NCBI GenBank assembly: GCA_030324005.1
Contig: JARDVH010000110.1
Coordinates: 37,218,817-37,282,816 of the forward strand
Reading direction: 5' to 3'
Length of the DNA: 64,000 nt
DNA from: Negaprion brevirostris
Lineage: Eukaryota
Shown piece after piece: positions 50,150 to 63,061 of the stretch; the stretch's first letter is position 1; each line of letters opens with the position of its first letter. The position numbers and the translations under genes are program-made. The notes beneath the pieces are model-generated. The model saw nothing but the letters and a program-made list of their open reading frames with translations, was not told the origin of the DNA and made no database searches.

Positions 50150-50600
50150 CAACACATAAGAACATAAGAAATAGGAAGAGGGTTAGACCATTCAGTCTTG
50201 CAAATCTGCTCCGCCATTCAATACAATCACAGCTGATCTTCTACTTCAAAACCACCTTGACACATGATGCCACATCACTTAATTCCCAAAGCAGCCAAAT
50301 ATCAATAGATCTGTGTCTTGATTACACAACTGAGCCCCCAAGGCTGGCAAAGATCCACAATCCTTTGAATGAAGAAATATTTCCACATCTTAGTGCTACA
50401 TGGTGAATTCTTTATCTGAAACTGTGACTTCTAATTCTACATTCCTCAGCCAGCAGAAATGTCTTCCCAATATCAACCCTATTATGCAAACTACTTTTTG
50501 TGTGTTTCAGTGACATGACTTCTCATTCTTCTAAATTGCAGAAAGTATAGGCCGACAGTCCGCTCAATCTTTCCATGTGAGGCTCAAGATGAGCAACTCA
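50150..50600 (-). mobile_element. CR1 3' end (decayed)
   Basis: acataagaacataagaaatagga...ccattcag...tctgctccgccattcaat is the reverse complement of the CR1 tail. Confidence 0.85.
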
Positions 50601-51039
50601 ATCAACAGCATTCACATAACATCTATATAACAGGAGAAGTCGTACCAATTTATTCTTCAAAATGAGAAAAGATCACAATGCATAATCAAAGTTCATGTGC
50701 TTTCCAATTAACTTTTAAATTCACAGCATTTTATGTTCATATATCTGACATACGTGCAATGCTAAATTTGCCTTGCATGGCTTCCAAAAGTTCCAATATA
50801 TTTCCTCAATTCAGTTTTGCTCAGCTCAACTCAGCCACAAGTATATTCCACTTTCAACCCTTGTTCTGAATAATTGTCAGATTTATAACTAAGTGTTTGT
50901 CGTACATATGACTGAACAAATATAAAAATGAATTTGTTTGAATACAAGTTGACTCAATCCAATAGTTTGAATACCAAAATGTCTTTGTAACATTGCTGTG
51001 GTCTAGATAAGTAGATGGATTTTAATAGCAATATAATAA

Positions 51040-51140
51040 AATAAAAACAAAATACTGCGGATGGTGAAATCTGAAACAAAAACAGGAAATGCTGGAAAAT
51101 CTCAGCAGGTCTGACGAGATCTGTGAAGAGAGAATGGACT
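51040..51140 (-). mobile_element. Penelope-like arm (family of 32140-32592)
   Basis: aaatactgcggatg...aatctgaaacaaaaacaggaaatgctggaaaatctcagcaggtctgac. Confidence 0.7.
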
Positions 51141-51974
51141 TTCAGATTAAGATCTCACATGGTCAGTTTGATAAGATGTATCTTTCGTCCTGAATCTGTG
51201 AAATTCACACTATACCACTTCTACAGTGACAAGTCAACTGCCCATTCAAATTGTTGAGACAAAGAGGATCCATTGTGGTTGAAAATACCTAATAATGGAT
51301 ATTTTTAATACAATGCAAACACCTTGACAATCAAGTTGTAGCCACTGTTACAAGAGTGATGTTTTATAAGGTGATTATGCTTTGGACTGTCTGTTTAATT
51401 CAAGGAAAGGTAGAATAGTTAAGAGAGTCACATGATCTGTTATGAATTCTACCCAATAACATGTCTGTGTGGTTTGGTTACCAAGGAGGCCAGTGGCCCA
51501 GTGTGAGACTTGCCGGGTGCAAAATGTTCACACATAAACAGGCTGAGCAGTTGGCTGGCTGTGGACAGAATTTTAGGCTAGATTTTTCACAGCATCACAG
51601 AGACTTAAGCGATGTGGCACCAGACACCAGATTCGCAAGTCCCACTTCCATTTCCAACTAATCCTTTTGTCACCTGTAGGGAACTGGAGGCAGACATGGC
51701 ACACATATGGGAAAACCCCTAACTCAGCAGGCCCACTTGAGCTTAGAGCTGAATTAAAACAGCCACAATTCTTGCTGAAATGAGGGCATTAGCCCATAGT
51801 ATCTTACGGTTTTTTTTAGACAAGACAAATACTCATAAAAGGTGGACTAGATCTGTGGAATTGCCAGCTTACAATGTGGTTTAAACTCCCAACTGTCCCC
51901 CTACCAATCCCCCCCACACTTCTAAATTTAAAAAAGCATGTCTGTGTCTCTGAGTTGGAGAAGTTATCTATTTA

Positions 51975-52265
51975 ATTAAAGTTTATTTATTTATTAGTGT
52001 CATAAGTAAGGTTTACATTGCACTGCAATGAAGTTACTGTGAAATTCCCCTAGTCACTACATTCTGGCACCTGTTCGGGTCAATGCACCTAACCAGCACG
52101 TCTTTCAGACTGTAGGAAGAAACTGAAGCACCTGGAGGAAACCCACACAGACAGAGGGAGAACGTGTAAACTCCACACAGACAGTGACCTAAGCCAGGAA
52201 TCGAACCGGGTCCCTGGCACTGTGAGGCAGCAGTGTTTAACCACTGCTTAGCCATCGTGCCACCC
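51975..52265 (-). mobile_element. HE1/V-SINE, tail-B subfamily
   Basis: Tail tttattagtgtcataagta...gaagttactgtgaaa, plus V core and head. Confidence 0.92.
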
Positions 52266-52639
52266 TTGTGTTAATATTTGCAGTTTAAATTGCTGTTTGT
52301 TGATATAACCATAAGGGTTACCATTATAACTTTATTCCTGCTTGACTGTTTCAACCACTCATTATCACAGAGCAGGGGCTCAGATTGACAGTTTGACAGC
52401 TCCAAGAGGGAATTAAGGAATTAGTTATTTTTATGAGTATGAGTATTTGTTTTTGTATCAGATTAAGTATTTGATGGGGTTTAAAAGTATTGAATAGGTT
52501 TTGATTAATGAGAGTGTTTATATGTAGTAAAGTAATCGATAATTAGAGCTTTATTTAATTTCATCTTGACATAGCTCTTGAGGTCTGCCCATTTTAGATA
52601 TTAGGTAAGTTGCAATGAGGTGTGTAAAGACAAAGGTGT

Positions 52640-52830
52640 TGGGAGCATGAATTGGTATAAGTTGGTACTAAGTTTAGATGGAGATTACAAAAACTGATTG
52701 GGGATCATGAGTTGGCACTGAATTGGCATGGGGCAATAAGGATTAATAGGAGTGAGTGGGGAACATGAGTTGGCACAATGGATATGAAGAGCACCAGGGA
52801 TGATTGGAGGAGCATGAGTTGGCATGGATG
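52640..52830 (+). repeat. Degenerate ~55-bp tandem repeat (catgagttggca)
   Basis: Motif recurs near 52646, 52706, 52765 and 52813. Confidence 0.6.
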
Positions 52831-54249
52831 GAACAGTGAGCAGTGTATGGAGTGGGCTAGAGGTCTAATGATGAATATTACAAGCAGGACAAAGCTCCTG
52901 AGAACTGAGCCTTTTAATGAGCCAACCTTCCTCAGTACTTGGCAGCCTCTATGTCTCCCTATAATTTTTTTTTCTCAAAAGGAGCCTGAATGCCCCCTCA
53001 CCACCAGCAACCATCCCCCCTACCACCACCACCCCAGTACAAAGATGATTTTGCAATCTGGACACTCTTTCTCAAAGTGGGTGCATAGAGACAGAAAACG
53101 TGCAAACTCTGCATGCTCACTTCGGGAGTGAAAATCCGGAAATCTGTCTCAGAGTTTTTGGACAGCAAAAGAGAAAGACAGGGAGGGGTCTCATCAGCTG
53201 CTGCTTGTGCAGTTAAGCCAAGTGAAAAAGCTTGAGGATCCTTGGAGAGCTGTCCAGCAGAAAGTGGAACAAAGGCTTGTCTCTGATTTGAGAGGCTTAT
53301 CCCTTGTCAAGCTAAATGCTTTGGAAAATTTCCCCCGGTGAGATGTAGGAAGGAATAACTGGAGTAGGCCTTACGGCTACAAATCAGTTTGGGATTTCTG
53401 AGGAGATTGAGGGAGGGGACCTTTGACAGTTACAGGACATCATGTATTATCAAAATGGGGAGACGTGAACCAGTTAGAAGCTGGGAGTTGGCTATAAACT
53501 CTTCTGTATAAAGACTATAATGCTGTGCATACATATATATATAGATATGTTGTATGAAGTTTTAGTCATGTTAAGGCATGAAGATGGATTACCTTTTATG
53601 TATTTTAGATTATTTGTTCCTGATTAGTCAATGTTGTTTTTATTTTTTGTTATAGTAAAAGTTTTTAAACTTGTTGTGCAATTTGTTCTGCAATTCCTCT
53701 AAGTTGGTCAATGGGAGTTCAAATATCTTGTTTAAAGTTATCAGTCTCTATGGGGGTACTATGGGACACAATGTTAAACTCACAAAAAATAGTCTTAAAT
53801 TATAGACACTTTTACACATATATCCAAATGCATAGATGTCATTTGGACCAGTGCAAAGCTTTGTCCCAGATTACCTCATTTTTGATGACAATCAGACATG
53901 GCTTTGAAATTATAGGAGGGGGAAAAGCAATGGCAGTGTGAGAAAACATTCACTGGTGGAGGATAGCACAATTTACAAATCTTTTCTAACCCACATACGA
54001 TCAAAGTTGCAGAGTTGTGAGACTAGGCAACAAGGGCATGATATCATTTCAGAGCACAAAGACCTCAATGAAGCTTTGAAACTTCAAACTAGATTGACAG
54101 TTCTAGTGTGGGAAAAGTCTTTTTGATGAATGCTAAAGAAGATTCAAATATATTATTAATACCTAGGTTAAAATGCAACTTGCATTCTAATATCTTACAT
54201 TTATACATGGCAATTTCTTTTCATCATGTCGCCCTTTGAGTTTCATTTA

Positions 54250-54690
54250 TAAGCAGACTTGTTTGGATTTTGCAGCTCCAACAACCTCTAGTAGCTCAAC
54301 AACATCCAGGGCAAAGCAACCTGGTTGATCAGCCCCCAATCCACTATCTTGAACATTCATTCCCTCCACCGCCAATGCACAATAACAGCAGCATCTCACC
54401 AAGCCTCCTTCAACAGCATCTACCAAATCCATGACCGCCACTATCTAGAAGGACAAGAGCAACAGATGCATGAAAATGCTGTCACCTGCAAGTTGTCCTC
54501 CAAACAACACACCATCCTGACTTGAAACCATATCGCTGTTCCTTTACTATGAATGAGTCAAAGCACTGGAACTGCCTTCCTTACAATTGTAGATGTACCA
54601 ACACCACATGGACTTTCGCACTTTAAGATGGTGGCTCACTATCAAAATCATGGCCTAGCCGGTGATGCCAACAGCCCCCAAAAGGAAGAA
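54250..54690 (+). mobile_element. CR1/L2-group LINE 3' fragment (family of 230-1060)
   Basis: gcagctccaacaac...catccagggcaaagca...aacattcattccctccaccgcc is the reverse complement of 230-330-type sequence; ends gcctagccggtgatgcc. Confidence 0.8.
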
Positions 54691-55929
54691 GTACTTACAG
54701 TTTTCTAACCACATGTTAATTAGTCCAGTCCTCAAATCTCTAGTTGCTATGGTCAGGCAGGCAGCAACCAATTGCTGCAGCAAAATAAAACCAGCCTCTC
54801 CATCAGGAATTACCAAACCATGGGTCATCACCCTCATTGGAGTTGTGACTGATGATTTGCTGTCATGAGCTCTTAGGCAGCAATGGTGTCTGTCAAGCAG
54901 ATGCTCTGGCTGGAATGTGATTTTTCTCCCCAAATGGTTTGCCAATGGGACAGTTTTACACTAAGCTGATTGGTTGTTATCTCAGTGCCCTGGTTAGTCA
55001 TGCAGTTCAACACTCTAACTAATTAGAGATTTCCTTCATGTGCTTGTAGTGGAGGAAGTACTTTGAATATCTGCTGTGACTAAATGACAGGGCAGCCATA
55101 GTATTGGCACCAAGGCTCCATTGCACACATGTGCCTGATCCTTAGCTACAAAGCCCCATCGAAGACTCTCAAATGTCATGGATGAAACTATTTATCCCCA
55201 CTCAGCAACATCCGTCTCCCCTCACTCAACAACTCTCCCTACCCCTCCCCATCTCAAAAACATCTCCCTGAGCTCAACAACACCCCATCCCCTCTCCTGC
55301 TCCAAAACATACCCCTCTTCCCCATGTCACACTCAACAACACTGCCCTTTCCTGCTCAGCAACTCCCACTCCCTCTCTCTCATTCTACGGCCACAGTGGG
55401 AAAAACATTTTGGAAGCACTGGTCTTTTTTTTTATCTATTATCAATTTGTAAATGTCACGGCGGAACTGAATCGGATGCAGGATACATGAAACAAAATCT
55501 TAAGAGAGGCAAAAAATATTTACCTCGTTGTCATATCGCTGTTATTACAGTTTATTTCAGGAGATTATTCTGTTATCGAAGCTCTATTTTCTTACAGTCA
55601 CCAACGTAAAAGGTCAGAAAATTATGGGGTCCTGGCTGGGAATGGAAAAGTAAATCACAATTCAGGTCTGCTCCTTCTTGAGCTCAGAACGTTTCAGTAT
55701 TTCAGTGTGGCTAAATAAATATACTTGTTATTTACTTAGATTAAGCCTTTAAGATTGCCTGTCAATCCAATGCCATGGTTCCCCTATTTTTCTAAGATTA
55801 GATTGGTCCCAAATCAGCCAAAACCCAATCTCTGAAACACATCACATTCTGACCAATTCATATATTCTAAATTGGTTACTGTGCAAATGAAGCCTACCTC
55901 AACAGGTGAAACATAATTAAGAATTTGTA

Positions 55930-56060
55930 CATCATCTTGTCACATCTCGTAGAAACATAAAAAAAATTGCTAATTAATTATTTTGAAATGGAGTGACTGC
56001 TGCATAGGCAAATGTAACAGCCACGTTGTGCACAGTAAGAGGTGACAGACCAGTTATTCC
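55930..56060 (-). mobile_element. DeuSINE 3' fragment
   Basis: ttttgaaatggagtgactg...aggcaaatgtaacagccacgttgtgcacagtaaga. Confidence 0.5.
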
Positions 56061-56071
56061 TTATTTAGCCA

Positions 56072-56745
56072 TTTGATTGGATTTATTATTGTCATATGTA
56101 TTAACATACAGTGAAAAGTCTTGTTTCTTGCATGTTATACAGACAAAACATACCGTTCATAGAGAAGGAAAGGAGAGAGTGCCGAATGTAATGTTCCAGT
56201 CACAGCTAGAGTGTAGAGAAAGATGAACTTAGCCTGAGGTAAGTCTATTCAAAAGTCTGACAGCAGCAGGGAAGAAGCTGTTCTTGGGTCAGTTGGTATG
56301 TGACATCAGACTTTTATATCTTTTTCCTGATGGAAGAAGGTGGAAGAGAGAAGGTCTGGGATGCGTGGGGTCCTTAATTATGCTGGCTGCTTTGGCGAAG
56401 CAGTGGGAAGTATAGAGTCAATGGATGGGAGGCTGGTTTGCATGATGGNNNNNNNNNNCTTGGGCAGAGCAGGAGCCGTACCAAGCTGTGATACAACCAG
56501 AAAGAATGCTTTCTATGGTGTATCTGTAAAAGTTAATGAGAGTCGCCATGTTACATTTCCTTAGTCTTCTGAGAAAGTAGAGGCATTGGTGGGCTTTCTT
56601 AACTATAGCGTCTGCATGGGGGGACTAGATCAGTTTGTTGGTGATCTGGACACCTAAAACCTTGAAGCTCTCAACCCTTTCTACTTCGTCCCCATTGGTG
56701 TAGACGGGCATGTTCTCCTTTACACTCCCCGAAGTCGATGACATT
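56072..56745 (-). mobile_element. Rex1/Babar LINE 3' fragment
   Basis: NGDEVERVESFKVLGVQIT; colinear with 47340-48050. Confidence 0.92.
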
Positions 56746-56890
56746 GGTTGAGGACAAAGATCGCAAATGGCCAACAACAGTAGAACTTCCTTCCCTACTG
56801 CCTTGGGACTTGTATCTTTCATTTCAGCCACATGGGCAGGTAGGCAGACTTTAGCTAACACTTGATGAAAAGGACAGCAGCTTTGACAAC

Positions 56891-57027
56891 AGCTAGAATT
56901 CTCCAATGTTGTACTCCCTGTCACCTCTGCTGTTGAGAATAGAGAATTTGGCACTCAGCCAGAACTCCATACACTGCAGCAAGACCAGGGAATTCCAGCC
57001 ACAGACCAAGGCTGGAGAATCCCAGCC
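56891..57027 (+). mobile_element. Harbinger-like MITE (137 bp)
   Basis: agctagaattctcc / ggagaatcccagcc; same family as 57201. Confidence 0.75.
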
Positions 57028-57200
57028 TTGGAATAGTCCTTGAGTAATTTCTATTAATGGAGTTAAGATGATAATTCAGAAAGTAGTTTTATTTTAAAAC
57101 ATTTATTTTTACTATATTGATATATTATTGGAAAATTTTGATAGGTGGCTTATTCAAGACTGAACTTACCTCTAGTGATTCATAGAATCTATTTCACTCT

Positions 57201-57336
57201 GGCCAGAATTTTCCAGTCTCCTGCGCCACACCACCGCCACCAGCAAGAATGGAGAATTTGACACTCAGCCAAATCTTCATTCACTGCAGCAAGACCAGAC
57301 AATCCCAGCCATGGATGTAGTCGGAAAATTCTGGCC
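57201..57336 (+). mobile_element. Harbinger-like MITE (136 bp), perfect 14-bp TIR, TSD TCT
   Basis: GGCCAGAATTTTCC...GGAAAATTCTGGCC; TCT on both flanks. Confidence 0.88.
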
Positions 57337-57631
57337 TCTAGTCAGTTCTTGGTAAAACTCATTTATCAAAAGGGGTTGTCTGTTACTCATGTAGTGACAT
57401 TTAAGGCTGTGGATTTCTGTTATAAAGTTGTTTCAATACAGTCTGTACAGCTGACTGCTGCTCTCAATCACCCACCCATACTTGAAGAAACTGAGCTAGA
57501 ATCTGAATTTCTTGTGTAAGCACAAGAAATAATCTGCTCAAATGTAATACAAAACTGCATGACTTCACCCTCTCAGTTTCACTCGCCGTCCGAATTACTG
57601 ATATAGAGGTAGAATCGGGTTCCCCCAGTAG

Positions 57632-57941
57632 AGCAGCATGGTGATACAGTGGTTAGCACTGCTGCCTCACAGCGCCAGAGACCTCAGTTCAATTCCTGGC
57701 TTGGGTCACTGTGTATATGGAGTTTGCACATTCTCCTCTTGTCTGTGTGAGTTTCCTTCGGGTTCTCCGGTTTCCTCTTACAGTCCAAAGGGAGGTTGAT
57801 TGGCTCTGCTATATTGCTTAGTGTCAGGGGAACTAACAGAGTAAATATGTAGGGATACAGGGATAGAGGCTAGGTGACATTCTGATTGGTGCAGACTTAA
57901 TGGGCTGAATGCCCTCTTCTGCAGTGTAGCGATTCTATGAT
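57632..57941 (+). mobile_element. HE1/V-SINE, CR1-type tail
   Basis: Head, V core, tail tgggctgaatgccctcttctgcagtgtagcgattctatga. Confidence 0.92.
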
Positions 57942-58453
57942 ATGTGGACTGGAATGACAATCAATGATGATTAAAAAATGACAAGAATGAAGTTACTTAT
58001 TTTTCAGGACAAAATATTAAAGAAATTGAGGTGGCTGTGCTGGAACTAGTATAAATGACACCATGAGAATATAGTCTTAGATTTGGAAGGGAATGGGCTG
58101 ATAAACAGCATTAAAGTTAGCGGAATGGTCAGGAAAGAACTCTAAGCTATTTTGTTACTTTTATTCAAACAGCTGGAATGTAATTTGTGGCTAACCAGTC
58201 ATTAACTCCCTTTACAATATTCTATTTTAAGAGTGCTCCTTCAATTTTAGGAGTGTTAACTCACTGGAACACAACAATCTTCAAAGTAAAATATGATTCT
58301 AAACTAAATTTTCCAATCGTGGCTGTTGACTTTGCACTTAGATTGTAGCAAAACTAAAGATACCACATGAAACTGATCAACAACACTGAATGGAACAGAA
58401 TATGTGACTTAACCCAGTCAGTGCCTTTATAAAAATAGATATACATCGGACCC

Positions 58454-59056
58454 CTACAGTGCAGGAGAAGGCCATGCGGCCCACCAAGTCTGCACCAACT
58501 CTCTCTGACAGAGTACTTTACCTAGGCCCTTTCCTCCACATGATCCCCACAGCTCCATACATTTTCCATGGCTAATCCATCTAACTAATATACCTTGGGA
58601 CACTAAGGTACAACTTAGCATGGCCATTCCATCTAACCAGCACATCTCTGGACTATGAGAGGAATGACGTAGAGATGCCATCGTTGGACTGGGGTAAACA
58701 CAGTAAGAAGCCTCACAACACCAGGTTAAAGTCCAACCAGTTTGTTTGATAGTAAACCCACAAGCTTTCGGAAATGCTGTTCCTTCTTCAAGTTTTTCCG
58801 AAACTTTCCACACACCTGACGAAGGAACAGCATTTCCAAAAGNNNNNNNNNNGGTTTACTATTAAATAAACTGGTTGGACTCTAACCTGGTGTTGTGAGA
58901 CTTCTTACCCTGTGAGAGGAAACCAGGGCACCTGGAGGAAACCCACACAGACACCGGGTGAATATGCAAAACTCCACACAGGCAGTTACGCAAGGCTGGC
59001 ATTGAACCTAGGTCCCTGGTACTGTGAGGCAGCAATGCTAACCACTGTGCCACCCT
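58454..59056 (-). mobile_element. HE1/V-SINE interrupted by a Penelope-like insertion
   Basis: 3' half at 58454-58663 and 5' half at 58910-59056 join at gactgtgagaggaaacc. Confidence 0.92.
58664..58909. mobile_element. Penelope-like palindromic insertion with decayed hammerhead-ribozyme cores, ~11-bp TSD
   Basis: ~90-bp inverted arms (58703-58793 vs 58814-58908); CTGACGA-AGGAACAGCATTTCC-(G/A)AAAG core; TSD ctatgagagga/ctgtgagagga. Confidence 0.8.
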
Positions 59057-59479
59057 GACAGACAAGTGAAACAGAAAGTAGGAAGTTTCAGGGTTAAAAT
59101 TAAAAAAACAATGCTGGAATAAATGAACCCACATGAGAAAAGTGCATCAGTGCAAGTTATTAATATGGGACATGGTACATAAATTACACTTGCATCATGA
59201 GTGACATTCTAATTCCAGGATGATCTTGAATTCTGTTTGCTACTCTTGCATAATGATGATATTCGTTTCCCCAGCAGATGGAATCCTGTTCATCTTTAAT
59301 TACCTCGTGAATTGCCTACAAACTATCATCATTTGGGTTTTCTTCTTATACTAATTCCACGTCCACAAAGGATTAATGATTTAATGTGGTCACTGTCTTC
59401 TTCTTGTTAACCTCCAAATGCAATCTTTCCAGATGTTCACACCTGTTACTAGATACAAGTGTTCCAAACAATAAACAAC

Positions 59480-59615
59480 AACAAAAAGTACAGCATAGGA
59501 ACTTCAGCCTCCCCCAGACCTTTACTGATCATGATGCCTGCCTAAACTAAAACCGTATGCACTTACAGAGTCCATATCCTTCCATTCTCATCCTATTCAT
59601 GTACTTGTCCAGGTG
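59480..59615 (-). mobile_element. CR1 3' end at a gap edge
   Basis: HLDKYMNRMRMEGYG on the minus strand plus tail. Confidence 0.8.
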
Positions 59616-62600
59616 CCCCTCTCTAGCGCCACCTAATTGGNNNNNNNNNNNNNNNNNNNNNNNNNNNNNNNNNNNNNNNNNNNNNNNNNNNNNNNNNNNN
59701 NNNNNNNNNNNNNNNNNNNNNNNNNNNNNNNNNNNNNNNNNNNNNNNNNNNNNNNNNNNNNNNNNNNNNNNNNNNNNNNNNNNNNNNNNNNNNNNNNNNN
59801 NNNNNNNNNNNNNNNNNNNNNNNNNNNNNNNNNNNNNNNNNNNNNNNNNNNNNNNNNNNNNNNNNNNNNNNNNNNNNNNNNNNNNNNNNNNNNNNNNNNN
59901 NNNNNNNNNNNNNNNNNNNNNNNNNNNNNNNNNNNNNNNNNNNNNNNNNNNNNNNNNNNNNNNNNNNNNNNNNNNNNNNNNNNNNNNNNNNNNNNNNNNN
60001 NNNNNNNNNNNNNNNNNNNNNNNNNNNNNNNNNNNNNNNNNNNNNNNNNNNNNNNNNNNNNNNNNNNNNNNNNNNNNNNNNNNNNNNNNNNNNNNNNNNN
60101 NNNNNNNNNNNNNNNNNNNNNNNNNNNNNNNNNNNNNNNNNNNNNNNNNNNNNNNNNNNNNNNNNNNNNNNNNNNNNNNNNNNNNNNNNNNNNNNNNNNN
60201 NNNNNNNNNNNNNNNNNNNNNNNNNNNNNNNNNNNNNNNNNNNNNNNNNNNNNNNNNNNNNNNNNNNNNNNNNNNNNNNNNNNNNNNNNNNNNNNNNNNN
60301 NNNNNNNNNNNNNNNNNNNNNNNNNNNNNNNNNNNNNNNNNNNNNNNNNNNNNNNNNNNNNNNNNNNNNNNNNNNNNNNNNNNNNNNNNNNNNNNNNNNN
60401 NNNNNNNNNNNNNNNNNNNNNNNNNNNNNNNNNNNNNNNNNNNNNNNNNNNNNNNNNNNNNNNNNNNNNNNNNNNNNNNNNNNNNNNNNNNNNNNNNNNN
60501 NNNNNNNNNNNNNNNNNNNNNNNNNNNNNNNNNNNNNNNNNNNNNNNNNNNNNNNNNNNNNNNNNNNNNNNNNNNNNNNNNNNNNNNNNNNNNNNNNNNN
60601 NNNNNNNNNNNNNNNNNNNNNNNNNNNNNNNNNNNTATAGCTGACATATTTCTGTGCAATGGCACATTCTGTTGTTGTCTGCTGGATTTCTGATGAACTT
60701 GGCTCTGCCCCCTCCTCCTGCTGGTGAGAAACAAGTCTGGCCTAATCTTTTTAAAGTCAAGAAAGGTTCAATTTTTATCTCACCCAAAAAATGCACGGTT
60801 CTCTCCACTTTCATGCCCGTTCGGCGCTTAGAATTCTTTTGGTAAGATCACCTCCAAAGTCTTTCTTTCTGGCCCCCTCCATTTCCACATTTATTCTCAG
60901 GAACTCCTCCAGGCCGTAGAAAGTTCACAACTTGGGCATGCACGCCAACATTCCCTGGCAAGAATCAGTGGAGGAATCAGAACAAAAAAGTCATTACCTG
61001 AGGGAAAATCAACTAAATATGCTTAATCCCTTGGACATGTCAGCTGTATCCTTTGTAATTCAATTGACATTGACCAGTTTAGGTGGATCAGTAAGGCCTT
61101 GCAGTCCTTCATTCAGTGCATCTACACTAGGTTGATTTATCGAAGAATGCTTGAAAGTTCTCTTACAGCTAATATTTCTCCAGGCTATCTGCAATCGTTA
61201 AAAACCCTTTTAAATGTTAGCGCGCAGCATGTCACTGGATTGCCTTGTTAGCCCAGCCATTTATTACACATCTTGGAAAGGCCACTTGGAATCTCCATGT
61301 GTGTCCGATAACCTGCTAGCATTCTTCTTTTCACAGCAGCTCATCTGAGATCGTTATCTGTTTGCTCCGTAACCAGCGATATAAGTCTCTACTGAATTAG
61401 ACCAGATTTAATTTCCACATCCTCTGGCTTCTTCATGTTCTGCATCTTATCATTTATCAATTTCTCATCTATATTATTTGAAGCCCCTCTACTGGATGTC
61501 TCTAGACTGGTGCATGTAAAGGAGACACTGCGTGAGGCATGGATGAGTTTTAATCAGTTTTATCAAAGAGAGGGAGGGCTGCAAGGTTTTGCACTCTTAA
61601 CAATTTCAGCCACACCCAGATTGCCAGCCAATGGAGGAATACAACAATACTGTTAACTGTGGTGTGCTTGAGCAGTATTCTACCTTAATTATCTACTTTA
61701 TGGATCTGCTTTGTTGGTAAAGCAGCTTCAGTTAACAAAGGACAGTTAAGCAGTTGTTCTCATAAAAGCAGCTGAAAGCACAGAGATTCCAGTGTCCCCA
61801 TTCCCAATTAGTAAAGGAAAGATCGGTTGGCCGAATTCCCTCTTCATGGGAGCTCAAATATCGGATTGATAAAAACAAATAAAATTCTTGGAAGAGTAAT
61901 GATTTATTGTTAATGCTGTGTTAATGAAACAGAAACTGTTCAAAAATATCAAGGGTAGAAGATAAAGTGAGCTACTGGAAAATCGGATTAAATGATGCAC
62001 CATGAAAGATGATCTTTATATTGAAACCTTGAAACTTAAATTGTATGTGGTTAGAACTTCATGAAATAGGCTTTCTTATGTCATTTGCAATTTCCTTCTG
62101 TCATATGAACACTAAAGTTTGCAATTGTGAAAAGACTTTAAATGTACCCTTATTTTTCAATGATACAGGCACTAGCTGGAAGACTTTTAATTTTACACTC
62201 AAGTTATCAGGTTGTTTTGGGATATTTATTGATATCTTCCAAAAATATATAATGCCAAATAATGATCCTGAGATTATCAGAAAATGTGTAAAATTATTGG
62301 GAGACTTACAAGTTAAAAATGAGCCGAAGCGACATAAATAAACAAAGAAAAGAGAAAGTTCTGCATGACCGCACGGTGTTTGAAAGCTTTTTACAGCCAC
62401 GGATGTACTTTTGAATTGTAGTTAATGTTATAACATAAGAACATAAGAAATAAACCTAAAATGTTTTGATTTATGAGAACAAAATATCTCTATTTTATAT
62501 TTTAATATAGTTACTTTGAATAATAGCTGAAATGGGAAATAAAGTAGCGTACTGCTGGAGTTGGGATGATCTTCAGACGTTTGGGGAGGTGCCAGTGTTC

Positions 62601-63061
62601 TATGCCATTGTACCTGATTTTGCACTATTTGATTTTGGCATGAATGCAAGAAGTGTAGAAATTTCCCAATCTTCGATGTTCACATTACTCATCTTGACAA
62701 GCACAAAATGCCATTAGAAGAAAAGGTATGAATAAAAAATAAAGCTCTTTTGAAACCTTTGTGCAGCTGTTGTATATTCTGGTTACACTGACACTAATAG
62801 CTACTTCTGTGGCAAAATCTGTTAGCAAAAACTTCAAAACATTTCCCTCACTAAGTTTTCTCAATTTTCTTATTTTAATGTTGCTTCTCAATGTTAAAGT
62901 GTAAGATTATTTCTCAGAAAGGTTTCAAACCTGTTGTCAGGAACCTTGCTCACGGGTATATTGGGGGAGAGCTTGAAGTCTACCATCTCGGAAATGGAAT
63001 GGTAGCTCCCTGATACTGGCACGGACAAACATATCACTCCATTTCCACCTTCACAGTATTG

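Noticed and set aside
55195-55385. C-rich tract with recurring ctca(g/a)caac under a 143-aa ORF
   Set aside because: Low-complexity sequence explains the lack of stop codons.
59547-60814. Long ORFs of 335-395 aa
   Set aside because: N-gap artefacts.
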